From the NCBI RefSeq assembly GCF_009914755.1, contig NC_060929.1: a DNA stretch of 64,000 nt. One strand, 5' to 3'. A program made the translations under genes and the position numbers. This document shows positions 39,276 through 51,418 of the stretch, one piece after another. The stretch comes from the human T2T-CHM13v2.0 reference genome, Homo sapiens. The notes beneath the pieces are model-generated. The model ran no database searches and was not told the origin of the DNA. It saw nothing but the letters and a program-made list of their open reading frames with translations. The number at the start of each line of letters is the position of its first letter. Within the stretch, counting starts at the first letter, position 1.

Positions 39276-40004
39276 TTATTGTATACCAAAACAACACAAA
39301 TACACAAGAGTACATACATACATAGCCTTGGGTATGTTCTGGACTTAAATTGTTGAGTTCCATTAGCCCACCTGCCTATTCCTGAGCTGATACTATATAC
39401 ATTACAATCATTATGAATTTAAGATGGTTTTAATTTTCTGATAAGGCAAAAAGACACCCTCATTATTATTCTTTTCAAAAATATATTAGCTATTCTTAAA
39501 TGATCATTCTTCTGAATAATTTAGAATTATGTGGTCAAATTCCAAATAAAATGCCATTAAGATTTTTATTGGGATGGCATTAAATTATAGATTAATCTAT
39601 AGAAAAAAACTTAATATTTTCAATAGGAAGCCTTCTCTTTAGTCTCACATTAGGATTTTGTAAGTTTCTTCCTATTCTTCCTTGATGTTTCTTGGTAGGT
39701 TTGTGAAAAGTTGATTTTCTCTGGCCCTTCTCACCCCTTGTCTGGTCACATGCAGTGTGTTGGAATCTCTTTATCAGATTTACAGTTGTAGGACAGGTTT
39801 GTATATCTATAGCTCTCAGGCAAAGTTTCACTTCCCACAGACTTTCCTTCAGTTTTCTTGAGGTGGTACCTTCCCCTGACCTCCACTATCTGGTTTCTGG
39901 TTCCAGAGAAACAATTTAATCATTCTCATTTCCAGCATGCTCTGCTTCCTGGGAGTTTATTTATTTCCTGCCACAATGCTTACATCATAAAGACTACAAC
40001 TCAT

Positions 40005-40545
40005 TGTACTGGTTTGTTTATTTTTTTTTTTCTGCATAACAAATGACCACAGACTTAGCAACTTAAAACAACACACATTTATTATCTCACAGTTTCTGCG
40101 GGGCAGGAGTCTGAAGATGGCCTAGCTTGGTCCTCTGCTCGGAGTCTCACAAGGGTGCTATCAAGATGTTGGCTGGCTGCATTTCTTTCTGGGTCTTGAG
40201 ATCCTCTTCAAAGCTCAGGGGGTTGCTGGCAGAATTCAGTTTCTTGCAGCTGTAGAATGCAGGTCCCTGCTTTCTTGCTGGCTGTCAGCCAGGGCTGCTC
40301 TCGGCATCTACAGGCCCCCTCTGTTCCTTGCATGTGGCCCTCTCCCAGGTCCACTCATGATATGTCAGCCTACTTCTTCAAGGCCAGCAAAAGAATCTCT
40401 TGTTAGGGCCCACTAGGACAATTCTTAGATAATGTAACATAATCACAGGAGTGACATCCATCACCTTCACCGTACTCAACTGGCTAGAAGCCAGTCACAA
40501 TTTCCACTCATTCTCAAGGGGAGGGGATTATTCAAGGGTGTATCC
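40005..40545 (-). mobile_element. MLT1E-like MaLR LTR
   Basis: CATAACAAATGACCACAGACTTAGCAACTTAAAACAACAC...GGCAGAATTCAGTTTCTTGCAGCTGTAG...CTCAAGGGGAGGGGATTA. Confidence 0.85.
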
Positions 40546-41189
40546 ACCCCACTCAGGCCTTGGACCATTGTCAGCACACCACTACTTCCTGATCACCTTT
40601 TTTCTGAGATTTGGGGTCTTGGCCTAAATATGACAGGGTGGCAGCCTGAGTGGGGACAAGAGGCAGAGGGCAGGTGGCTGTGGGAGAAACGTATAGAGAG
40701 GCACTCTGCTCTCCTCACAGAACTGGACAGTTTTCTGTTTGATATAGGCACCAGGTCTTCAAATGGGGGAGGCAAAGTAGAGGTATGACATATGAGGAAA
40801 GCTACACCGGTTATTCTCGGTTCTCTCCATCTGGCTTAGAATTATTGTCAGTTTCTTCAAAATGCTGGAATTTGGTTGTTAGTCATTTTTCAGTGTTGTA
40901 CATTTTATCTTTTTTAAAAATCTCTTTGTATATATGTTAGTGAGAAGTTAGGGAAAATGGCTAGCTTCCTGATGCTTTGAACCAGAGTTTCAACCAAGCC
41001 AGTTTCTGGCAGGCTTCTGCTTCTGTCTTCTTGAGATGGCACCATGCCTTGGTTTCTAGTTCTTTCGAAGCAAGTGCAAAATTGAGAACAACACATTTTA
41101 TAAGAACTTTCTTGGTTCTGTTGTGCTACCTCAGGGAAACCAAAGAGATAGCTAATCTATACCTTGCTCAGGAAGCTGTGGGTATCAGA

Positions 41190-41370
41190 AATGTATCTGC
41201 AGTACTGGTAGTCATTTCATCCTCCCAATAACCTAGTGAAGTACATATTATTATCTCACTTGATGGAAGTGGAAACAGAGGCTTTGACTGAACAAATAAC
41301 TTTCCCGTTTTCGCACAACTCAAATCACAGGTTGCCTAACTCCATAGTTCTTTCTATCACATTATACTTT
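41190..41370 (-). mobile_element. MIR fragment
   Basis: TTTCATCCTCCCAATAACCTAGTGAAGTACATATTATTATCTC...GGAAACAGAGGC. Confidence 0.6.
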
Positions 41371-41589
41371 CAGGGTGGGGGAATGTCTTCTGAAATATTG
41401 AGAGGCATTTAATAATAATCAACAAGTTTCTTCCAATCTTCATTCAGCCTACAACCTCACAACCCTAATGTATATCTTTCTGAAATAGGGAGTTTTTTCA
41501 CAGTAAAAATGGACAGCATTCTTTTTCCTGTCATTACTCCATACCGCCTTTGCCCCACGAATTTTACAACCTGAAAAACAAAGCAAGCA

Positions 41590-42380
41590 AAGTCAATTAT
41601 TGAGAGATCTGGTAAGCACACAGAGCGGCTCAAACTCAAGGTTTTTATTCAGCCGCACTCAAATACCTTGTCTCATGTATCCCAGAAGCAAGCCACACTA
41701 AGCAGGGGTATAAGCCAGTCAGAGGGAAACTCCCTTCTCTCTTTTGGGAAGCTCTGACAAAAGTCTCCAGGGGGCACTGCAACCAGCTGGGGGAAGTCTT
41801 AGTCTGTTTGGGCTACTGCAACAAAGTGCCATAGACTGGGTGGCTTAGAAACAACAAACATCTATTTCTCAGTTATGGAGGCTGGAAAGTCCGAGATCAA
41901 GGCTTGGGCAGATTTAGTGTCTGGTGAGGACCTGTTTGCTGGCTCATACATGACCTCTTCCAGCTGTGTCCTAATATGATGGAAGGAACAAAGACGCTCC
42001 CTTGGGCCTACTTCATAAGGCCAGGCCTTGGTGACCTAATCACCTCCCACAAGGCCCCACCTCCTCACAGGGGGTTAGGATTTCAACATGTGAATTTTGA
42101 AAGGACACAAACGTTCAGACCATAGCAGGGGAGGACACAGGTGCAACAGTCAGAGTTCCTGGGTGCTAGAGTCAGAGATCCTGAGGCTGGGTGCCTGCCA
42201 GCTGCCTCCAGGGAAAGGTCATGTGATGGGTGGTGGGACTCTAACAGACACACACCAGGAGTAAATTCCTAAACAGCAGGTGATACAGAAACTGAGGGAG
42301 ATGTCTTGCAAAACGAGACCACACAGCATGCCAGCAGGTGGAGGTATAGACCCCCATGTCTCCCAGTCCCCATGAAAATA
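41590..42380 (-). mobile_element. Possible ancient LTR (family uncertain) split by MLT1A
   Basis: GGTTTTTATTCAGCCGCACTCAAATACC gives a minus-strand AATAAA in LTR-like context. Sequence continues on both sides of the MLT1A insertion. Confidence 0.3.
41795..42127 (-). mobile_element. MLT1A MaLR solo LTR
   Basis: GTCTTAGTCTGTTTGGGCTAC...CCATAGACTGGGTGGCTTA...ACACAAACGTTCAGACCATAGCA. Perfect 5-bp TSD GGGGA at 41790-41794 and 42128-42132. Confidence 0.92.
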
Positions 42381-42626
42381 TACAGCTGCTGCTGACCACA
42401 AACCCATCCCCCCAGCTGCCCGAGCTGCATACCTGCCTGCTAACTAGGTGCAAGTAACTACTGAAACCAACCTCAGCACATTCCTAAGTGTTTATAGGTC
42501 ATAAAAGGTCTATTTCTCATGCTTAGTACCCTCATTAGGCCCAAGTTTTAGGCCTACCTTGGGTCCATTCCCGCAGCAATCTTGGGCAAGTCATAAGATC
42601 TTGCCCATTATCAGTTTCCTGTAATA

Positions 42627-42811
42627 CAGTAGTTCTCAAAATGTGGTCCCCCAGCCGGCAACATCAGTACCTTATGAGAACTTCTTAGAAGTGCAAATTC
42701 TTGGACTCCACCCCAGACCTACTGAATCAGAAACTCTGGGTATGGAACAGAAGGATCTGTTTTGACAAGTCCTCCAGGTCATTCCGATGCATGTTAATGT
42801 GGGAACCACCG
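42627..42811 (+). mobile_element. MER5A inserted in a MIR (~42545-42865)
   Basis: CAGTAGTTCTCAAAATGTGGTCCCC...CCACCCCAGACCTACTGAATCAGAAACTCTGGG...GGGAACCACCG. Confidence 0.9.
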
Positions 42812-44204
42812 CTCCCTCCAATACCTCATAGAATTGTGAGAATTAAATAAGATAATACATTCTGTTCTGCTACCGTTTCCGTGTATGAATTAGCCCATCA
42901 GAGATTGATCACAGAGAAATGACATCAGTATAATGTGAAAATTGCACTGGTTTCCATAATTTCGTAGGTAATTTTTACTAACCAAGAAGTCCTGAGATAG
43001 CAGGAGTAGAACCATAACGTTCAATGGGAAGGAAAAGGCTTGAGGTTTGGCTGCTGTACCAGCAGCAGAAATCTTTTTGCTGTATTCCAGGAAATGTTTA
43101 AATGAGTACCTGCCACCAGGGCTACCTCCTCAGGTAGGTGCACCTCCAGCCTCGTGAGCTCTCAGCTTGTGGAAGGTTGTCTGGCTTCCTGTGTGCACCT
43201 TAACAACAGCCCTGTGACTCCAAGCTACATTTCCATCGCCCTGTCCCAGCCCCTGCCAGTGCCAGTCTAATTAAAATGTTACCAGCTTTTCATCTTTATT
43301 GCTTTTGTGCATTTTAATACCCGTGTGGCAGCCTCTAGCCCCTCAGCTGCTGCCAAGGTGGTCCAAATGATCTCCCCAGGTAGTAGTGATTGCTTTCCTT
43401 AATCACAGTTGCATGGGATTTGAATGGTCTGCCTTGGCCCAACTTTTCCTGTAAGTCCTATTATTTTTTATGCCAAGTTTTGCAGACAGCAACATTTTCT
43501 AGAAAGTGTAATTTTAGGTTACAGCAGAAATGCCTGTATATGTAAATTACCTGGCACATAGTAAGGGCTCAGTCATTATTATTATTAGTTCATGTCTACC
43601 ATACCTTGTCCTTGAAATGCTGACAAAAAAAAAAAAAAATGAGCCAAGAAAACCCTACAGTGACAATTCCAGTACAAGAGCAAAGGAACACAACTTCATA
43701 TAGCAGGTTTTGATAATGAAAGGCAGAAGTTCTTATTCTCTTTTGCCAATATTTTTAATGACAGTCATTTGAAGCAATTCCTCCTGTGTTTTTTGTTTTT
43801 TCCCAGTTTGAGTAGCTTTTTTTTTTGACATGGGGATATTTTATCTACTCCTATGTACTTAAATCTTTAATGACATTCCATCTCTTTCTTTTTGACTTTA
43901 GAAAATCAGACACTTATTCTTAGAAATAGCCAGGTGGAGAGTAATTATCTTGGCCATAATTCTCTGATGTTTACAGAATATGGCACTCAGACTTGAAATC
44001 TCTGATGGCCTTTGCTGGAAGGGATTTCAGCCTCCTCGTCCGACATGAATGGGAATTGAGGTCTGGCTCAAGGTCAAACAGCAGAATAGTCTGGCCATGA
44101 AAGCCAGCCAGGTGTCCTGGCTTCTAATTCAGTATTCCAGCTCTTAATGTTTACTCTCTAGTTATGTTCTGCTTCATGAGGTCACTTCTAAATTGTTTCC
44201 TCAA

Positions 44205-44935
44205 ACCTGGGGTCACAGACCAGTGGTCTGTAGGTCAAATTCAGCCCACAGACATGTTTTATTTGCCCGTGTCGTATATCTTAACAATTGAGAAATTTCA
44301 CATTTAAAAAAATGTCTTGCTTCACTTGAAAATTCAGAACATCTGGCACCTCTGAGCCACTATTCCCACACGGCAACAATCAGCCCAGCTGAAGAGCACC
44401 TTCCCCTTTCAACCGGGATGAGCTCACTCAAAACTGCCGGGGTCCCCCCAACTCCCCATTGCTTGACGTGCATGCACACACCTTTCTGTATTAGTTTGCT
44501 AGGGCTGCTGTAGCCAAGCACCACAGATTCTGTGGCTTCAACAGCTGAAATTTATTTCCTCACAATTCTGGCGGCTAGAAGTCCAAGATCAAGGTGTCGC
44601 CAGGGTTGGTTTCATTCTGAGGCCTCTCTCCTTGGCTTGTAGATGGCCCTCTTCTCCCCGTGTCTTCATATGGTCTTCCCTCTGTGCGTGCCTGCATCCA
44701 AATTCCCTCTTCTTATAAGGATATCAGTTATACAGACTGGGGCCTACCCAAAGAATCTCCATTAACATAATTACCTCTTTCAAGACCCTATCTCCAAATG
44801 CAGTCATATTCTGAGGTACTAGGGTTAGGACTTTAACATGTGAATTTGGAGGAGACACACTCAGCCCATGACACAGTCATTCCTCCTTTAGATTACCTGC
44901 TTGATCCCAAAGGCATTTGAATCTGCAACTGTGAC
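44205..44935. mobile_element. MER102 hAT-Charlie element split by MLT1B
   Basis: CAGCCCACAGACATGTTTTATTTG...ATTTCACAT...CTTGAAAATTCAGAACATCTGGCA...ATTCCCACACGGCAACAAT; resumes TTACCTGCTTG...AGGCATTTGAATCTGCAAC. Confidence 0.75.
44487..44873 (-). mobile_element. MLT1B MaLR solo LTR
   Basis: TGTATTAGTTTGCTAGGGCTGC...AAGTCCAAGATCAAGGTGTC...TTCTGAGGTACTAGGGTTAGGACTT...CAGCCCATGACA. Confidence 0.92.
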
Positions 44936-45096
44936 AAACAGCAAACCTTGGTTTGTTCTTGAACAACTCAAACCTTCATGTCTTCTTTCATCAATTAAAC
45001 AGCTCCTCTATGAAGTACCTTAATAATGAAACCCGAAGTACACTTAGAAGAGACATAAAATTTTAAAGACAGGAAGAACCTCAGAGACCATCTCCT

Positions 45097-45261
45097 CCAG
45101 GGGTTTTCAAACCATTTTAAGTCATGGAAACTTCTAACAAAAGTTAACAAGGAATTGATAAGTAAAATAGCTAAACTCCACTCCTGTTTGCCAAAATAGC
45201 TACTAAGGGAGCTCCAGAAGACACTGGGCCTCCCTATATAAAAATCATTTGAAAACCACTG
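45097..45261. mobile_element. hAT-Charlie MITE (MER103-like) within a MIR3-like SINE
   Basis: Terminal inverted repeats CAGGGGTTTTCAAA ... TTTGAAAACCACTG. Confidence 0.55.
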
Positions 45262-45430
45262 ATCTAATCAAATTATTTGGTTTATATCTGAGGAACCTAA
45301 GGGCCTTCCACACAGCCATGGCCACACAGAGCTGGGAGCAGAACCAAATCCTCTGTCTCCTGCTTCCTATGGCTCCGGGTCTCTATATGGTTCCAACCAG
45401 GATCTGCACAAGGTTGATTGAATAATACTT

Positions 45431-45511
45431 TTAGGTTGGTGTAAAAGTAATTGTAGTTTTTGACACTACTTTTAACAGCTAAAAGTACAATTACTTTTGC
45501 ATCAACCAATA
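45431..45511. mobile_element. MADE1 (Hsmar1-derived MITE), full length
   Basis: TTAGGTTGGTGTAAAAGTAATTGTAGTTTTT...AAAAGTACAATTACTTTTGCATCAACCAATA: an ~80 bp palindrome matching the MADE1 consensus. Confidence 0.92.
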
Positions 45512-46249
45512 TCATCAGGATAGGAAAATCCTGACTTTTTGTTGGTGAGAGGAACAAGCTGGAGCTGAAGTCTAGGAGTCAGGAGGCCCAGGTTCTAACT
45601 GTGTGTTGTCCATTCTAGCTGTATAACCCTGAGGACAAAGGATTTTACCCCTCTGTTCCTCTTCATATTCAGCACACAAAGGGTTTGACTCTATGAATTC
45701 TAATATATCTTCCAATATTAAAATACTAGGATCCTGGAATGTTACCCTTATAGTAATTATGCTCTCCTTTACTTATGCTCTATTGATGTAAAAGGACCAT
45801 GATAACTTTTGCCCCAAGAGGCATGTATACCAGCAATGGGCAGGCTCAGCCTCCCCACACACAGAGATCCCCCGGGCCCTGCCTGCTGACAACCAAGGCC
45901 ACCTAAACATCCATACTCCGGCTTGTTATCATAGAAAAGAAAAAAGAGAAAAATTAAAAAGACCTTCCCCAGAAGAGGTAAAGCCATGTGGCCCACTCTT
46001 TGGTCAGTAATATAAACCAAACATTTTGCACCACAGGGAAAGTGGAAGCAAAAGAGTAGGAAGAATTGCTATGCTGTTTGGGAACTGTAATTACATGACT
46101 CCAAAGTGGAAATGGCAGGAATTTGTTCTGCAACCAACATTCTAGTAACAACAAGCATATTACTTCATGAGGTTGCCTGCCATGGAGCATACTAATTTTC
46201 ACAAGTAATTAGCATCTCATTTTGAGCCAAAATCTATGACCCTCAAACA

Positions 46250-46655
46250 TCCAAACTTTGGTTACCACCAACACCCATGTCCTCTTCCTCTTCATGGACA
46301 CACAGCTGGACTACCTTTTCCAGGCTCTCTTGCAGTTGGCTGGAGCCAGAGAACTGCGTCCTCACCAGTGGAATGTAGGCCAGGTGTTACGCGTCTCACC
46401 AGGCTTGGTCCATAATATCCTCCCACATGTGATCCTTGCTCTTTCCTCATATGCCAGTTGAATGCAAGGGACTTTGGAGGCAGGGAGGAGGGCAAGGCCC
46501 AAGATGAGGAAACCTAGATCCCTGAATGACTGTGTGGAACAGAGACACACCCCCACCCCCATCCTCCCTGTGATGTGCACAAGAAATAAATGTTTATTTT
46601 GTTTAGTGATTGAAATTTGAGAGGCATCAGTTTCAGCAACTAGCATTATTAACTT
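46250..46655 (+). mobile_element. MLT1I/J-like MaLR LTR
   Basis: CACACAGCTGGACTAC...CTCTTGCAGTTGG...CCAGTGGAATGTAGG...GATCCCTGAATGACTGTGTGGAACAGAG...AAGAAATAAATG. Confidence 0.8.
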
Positions 46656-47915
46656 TAACGCGTGTATCTTTTGAAGTAAGACAAGCCTACTACTTCTTGT
46701 CTCACTTACTAGACTTGATATATTTTAAGATAGCTCTCATCTAAAGGTGATAAGAAGACAATCTCTTGACTCTCTTCTCCCTTAGTACTTCTCCTCTTTT
46801 GTCCTTCCCCAATTCAAGAAATTCCCCAATGTAAAATCCTGAGCCCATTGTATCAGGGAAGGAGTTTGCATGGGAGGAACACTGAGAGTCTCTTTCTCCC
46901 TAACATTTATTAAAAACCTAAGCCCTTGGTATTAATAGATCAGAGAGAATTCCCAACAAAATCAGAATATTTGAGACAACTGTCATCAGTGACAGAAGTG
47001 AGACTGAGGGGACTAGAGTTTCTCCGCCCCCATGGTGAAAAAATATTCCATAGTCCCAACAGTCTTTCTCAACCAAACTGCCACAGTAGAATTAAGCCTT
47101 AATGCCCATTGTATCAAATGAATTAACTTCTATAATAGAGTGATACTTATTTATCATCCTTGGGAGAATTTTTAAAAAATATTTCTGAGTTACATGGTTT
47201 AGATGAGAAAGGCTGGCTGGAGGAAAGGAGAAAGGAAAGGAGAAAGGAAAAAAGAAAGTGAAAGCATCAAAGAATCCTGGACAGCAAAGGGAAAGGTGCC
47301 AGGGAGCCAGCAGAATGCCAAGGCCATGCGGCGAAGGAACTTGGCCTTGTTGAGCTGGTAGAGCCCAGGGAGGTAGCAAGACCCAGGGGAGGGACCTTCT
47401 TCTGACCAAGGAGGTGCATCTTAGGCACTTTCTTCTGGCCCAGGAGGCTTTGAATCAGTGACAGCACCATTCTGGAAGGAGCAAGGCTGGCTGAAAGGAG
47501 ATCCCTCCAAGCTGTAACCTGCAGGACCAACTATTAAGAATTCTCTGGGTCAGGGAACATCTTCATGAATACCTTTGAATGAAACTCAGGACTTCCTAAA
47601 ATTTCCATGTCTTTTTCTTTCACCTGTCAGGCAGGGTATTCAGAAGGCCTAAAATGATTAGGCCAGATACTGTTCAGTCAATGTTTTCCAACTGTAACAT
47701 AATTAAGAATATGTGCTGTTTTCTCTCCATGTTGACAAATAACTCCAAGATACCAGCACAGTCCTTCTTCCAGTGCAAACTCAGTCTTTGGACCTCCTGG
47801 AAGACTTCCCCAGACCACCACTGTACTGACAGGCTGTGTTTGTTCCTTTATTTGACATTTGGCCAGGGGGATGTCCTTCCTTAATGAAATCAGAGTCTGG
47901 AACTTTACCCAAATA

Positions 47916-47976
47916 TTAGGCTGGTGTAAAAGTAATTGCAGTTTTTGCCATTGCTTTCAATGGCAATGTAGCAATT
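47916..47976. mobile_element. MADE1, truncated
   Basis: TA + TTAGGCTGGTGTAAAAGTAATTGCAGTTTTTGCCATTGCTTTCAATGGCAA; right TIR mostly lost. Confidence 0.85.
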
Positions 47977-48314
47977 CTGTAATAATAGGTCATGAAAAGA
48001 GGAGGCTCACCACAGGGGCTCCTGAGAAGACATCGATTACCAAGGGGAGGGCTGGCAAGCATATTGTTGGGAGGAAATATTTAGTGAGCAGGTGAAAAAT
48101 AATGAATTAAAAATTTTAAACTTTTCTTAGCAAAAGAAGATATTTAATAAGTATAAAGTGTTAAAGCTGAGAATTAAAGTAATATTCACTAAAGAGTACA
48201 CAGCAAACATAAAAAATATAATTACATCTATAACTTGAGAAATATTCATGTGTTATTTTAACCTGGGGCTTTGCATTTTAAGTGAGAGGAAAGAAAACAG
48301 ATCAACCCAAATTA

Positions 48315-48420
48315 CTGAAGGCCCTGGAAGGAAGATTAAAGGAATTGAGATGGCTTTATTTTGGTGATAAGAAAGCCAAGGGAGGGCTAAATAGCTGTTT
48401 TCAAATATTTTAAAGGTTAG
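48315..48420 (+). mobile_element. CR1/L3 fragment
   Basis: GATTAAAGGAATTGAGATG...ATAGCTGTTTTCAAATATTTTAAAGG resembles the L3 ORF2 3' region. Confidence 0.55.
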
Positions 48421-48739
48421 TCCCAAGATACAGGCCTGCTGAGCTCAGCCCCTGGCCTTTCCCAATTCAGAGCCCTTGAACTCAGCAGCTAACAAAGAAC
48501 TGCTGTCTTAAGTGGAAAGTAGAGTCAGAAGCTCTCCCATCCTCCCCAGGAGCTTCCTTCTGGGCTTTGGCTCTCCAGATGGGTTACTCACACTCCTATC
48601 CCTCCACCTCATCCATTAAGTTAGAAAATTGCTGACTCCCCAAACCATTCTCCCCAACCAGTCCCTGGGGCCTTACTGTGTCTAACACCCCACTAAGCTG
48701 CTCCTCAGTCCTCCTGCCTCTGCCTTACTGTGGCTTCTC

Positions 48740-49482
48740 GTAACTTCTTTCTTATAGCTTTTCAATAGCCATCTAATGGACCTCCCTGACTCAGCTTCCC
48801 CATCCTCCCACAACAGTCCATTTCCACACTGCCCCAGAGCTCCCATCCAAAACACAGATTTGATGATGTCACTAGCATAAATACCAGCAATAGACTTTCT
48901 GCAGGCTTAGATTTTCATAATGAAAGGTATTTTTACAGTATCTGCCTTGGCTCCTTTTTTCATCCAATCCCGTTAGCACTGCTCTCAAGCCCCTTTCCAA
49001 AGTGACTCATTCAACCTGTCCCCTCTCATTTGCCCCACCCACCCGCACTGAAGACTCTGCTTCGGCCACATTAGACACTCACAATTCCTTGAACATCCTC
49101 ATGCTCCGCTGCCTTTCTTCTTGCAAATTCCTGTGCCTGAAATGTCCATGCTTATCTCCTCCATGTGGAAGAATCTGAGTCATCTTTCACAACCCTGGCC
49201 AAAAAACACCTCTCTTATGCCTCCCTGCATCTGGGCAGAGGTTGTGACTTCCTCCTGTGGTTCCCACAATGCTTGGTTCTGAAGTAGCACTTGTCACATA
49301 TTATAATTTTTTGTGTGCATTTCTGTCTTTCCCATTCAACTGTCAACTTCTTAAAAGGAAGAACCATATCTTATTTATTTGGGTTTTCTTCTATTACTAT
49401 TATATAATATTTCCTCTATTACTACTACATACTATTACACAGTATCTGGTGTTTAGTACATGTTTGATCATTGTTGAATGAA
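48740..49482 (+). mobile_element. L2 LINE 3' part
   Basis: CAATAGCCATCTAATGGACCTCCCTG...TCCATTTCCACACTGC...GGCCACATT...TTCCTTGAACA...ends ATTGTTGAATGAA. Confidence 0.8.
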
Positions 49483-51106
49483 AAAATAAGCTCCCAGTTC
49501 AGGTTCTCTTCTAGTTTACCTACCATAGCCAGCCTGGCCAGGAGCTAGGAGTGTTCAGCTTGGAGCCAGAGGCAGGATCCCAGGAGCAGGTTAAGAGGAA
49601 GTGATTGACAACTGCCCGCAATGGCTCCTGCTGGGCACATTTTACATCCCAGGGTCTGGATCAAAGCTGTCAGTTTCTGCCCTGTCTGTTCCTAAGTGTC
49701 ATAACTGGAGCAAAACTCCTTCATCAGCCAGTCTGGCCACATCACAGACACGTGGGTTGGACAGCAGAGGCTGCCTGGCTCTTTTCAGGTTCCTATGGAT
49801 ACAGTGTCTCCCTTGACCCACTGAATTCATCTGTGTGGGCAGCTGCCACTTCTGGACTACAAATACACAGTAAGCAGGCGTGTAGGAGAGCAAGAATAGG
49901 GTAGAAAGAGCACGTAGGAGGAGGGGAAGAAAGAACTGAGAGAGAGCCTATGGGTAGAAGTGGGCAGGAAGGAAGGTTTGGTCTTTTTGTTCCTACAGAA
50001 GATGTTTTTGAAAAGCTTCTTGACAATCAAACAGACTTTTGAAAAAAGTTACTTTTGCTAAATATAAAGTGTGAAAATCACCAGTGGAAGATTGCCTCCC
50101 TTTCTGCAGCCAGGGCAGAGCTCTTGGGTGTATTTTGATCAGTAACTTCTAGACACATCCTTCACAACCACAACTAGGCAGCCAAGCATTCTGACATGTG
50201 CTTAACTAAGAAGCAAATTAGGCAGCCAATTTGTAAAAATGTAATATGGCGTCCTTTCTCCCTTCTGCTTATTTCATTGATAAACACACATTCATGCACA
50301 TTGATGTACATAGTAATAATAATATTAGTTTACATGGCTGACTCTACAGTTTCTGTAGAGCTTTTGCTTAGAGCTTCACAATAAATGAAGCAGGCAAACT
50401 GCATTGATTAGATAGTCCATGGTTTCCGAGTTACTCAGTAGAGGTGCAGTCTAGACTCAAACCCCGGACTCCAGCTTCCAAGAATAGGCACACTCATTCC
50501 CACACCCAAACCCCCCACCCCCATTCCATGCCTGGCTGCTGGCTAAGCCACAGGCTGCTCCACAGTTGGAGTGTAAGGGATAAAGAAAGAGGAAATGAAT
50601 GGTTTAAGTTGGGAAGGGCATCTTGACAAAGTTGTTAGAGTCTACCAGTTTTTTCAAACCCCACATTAGAGTACAGCAAATAAATGCATGTCTAATCATC
50701 ACTCCACCGGCTTCTAACTTTTTTGCTCATCACTTTCTCTGAATTTATACATGGAAGACTTTTGAATGTGGTTCCTACACTGAACCAATCTCCAAAATTA
50801 AGGTTATGGCTTCTGTCCCCATGGGGGCCTGTAAGTTGAGGTCCATATGGCAGCCTATGATGGCTATCCCCTCCCCATGAGCCACAGGATGTCTCTGGGC
50901 ACAACACAATGCCTCCTTTTCAACCGCATTTTATCAGTTTCTCAAATATCTGTATTTGTGGGCCAAGTGATGACAATACACTACATTTATAGAACATTAC
51001 AGTCTCTGGAGAGCCTTCTGTTTTATACACCCTACCCACTACACCCTCCCACCATAGGATTCCCTCCCTGGCCATGAGGCTGATAGGACAGATATCACCA
51101 TTTTAA

Positions 51107-51418
<312 letters not shown>

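Larger units (their letters stand above)
38120..39620 (-). mobile_element. L1ME-type fragments hosting MER57 and AluY
   Basis: GTATGAGGTAG...CCCAACACCATTTAT...TTATTCTTTTCAAAA...TTAGCTATTCTT...GATTTTTATTGGGATGGCATTAAATTATAGATTAAT. Confidence 0.7.

Noticed and set aside
45431-45511. Naming this MADE1 as a specific MIR548 gene
   Set aside because: I cannot match it to a specific annotated precursor from memory, and most MADE1 copies are not miRNA genes.
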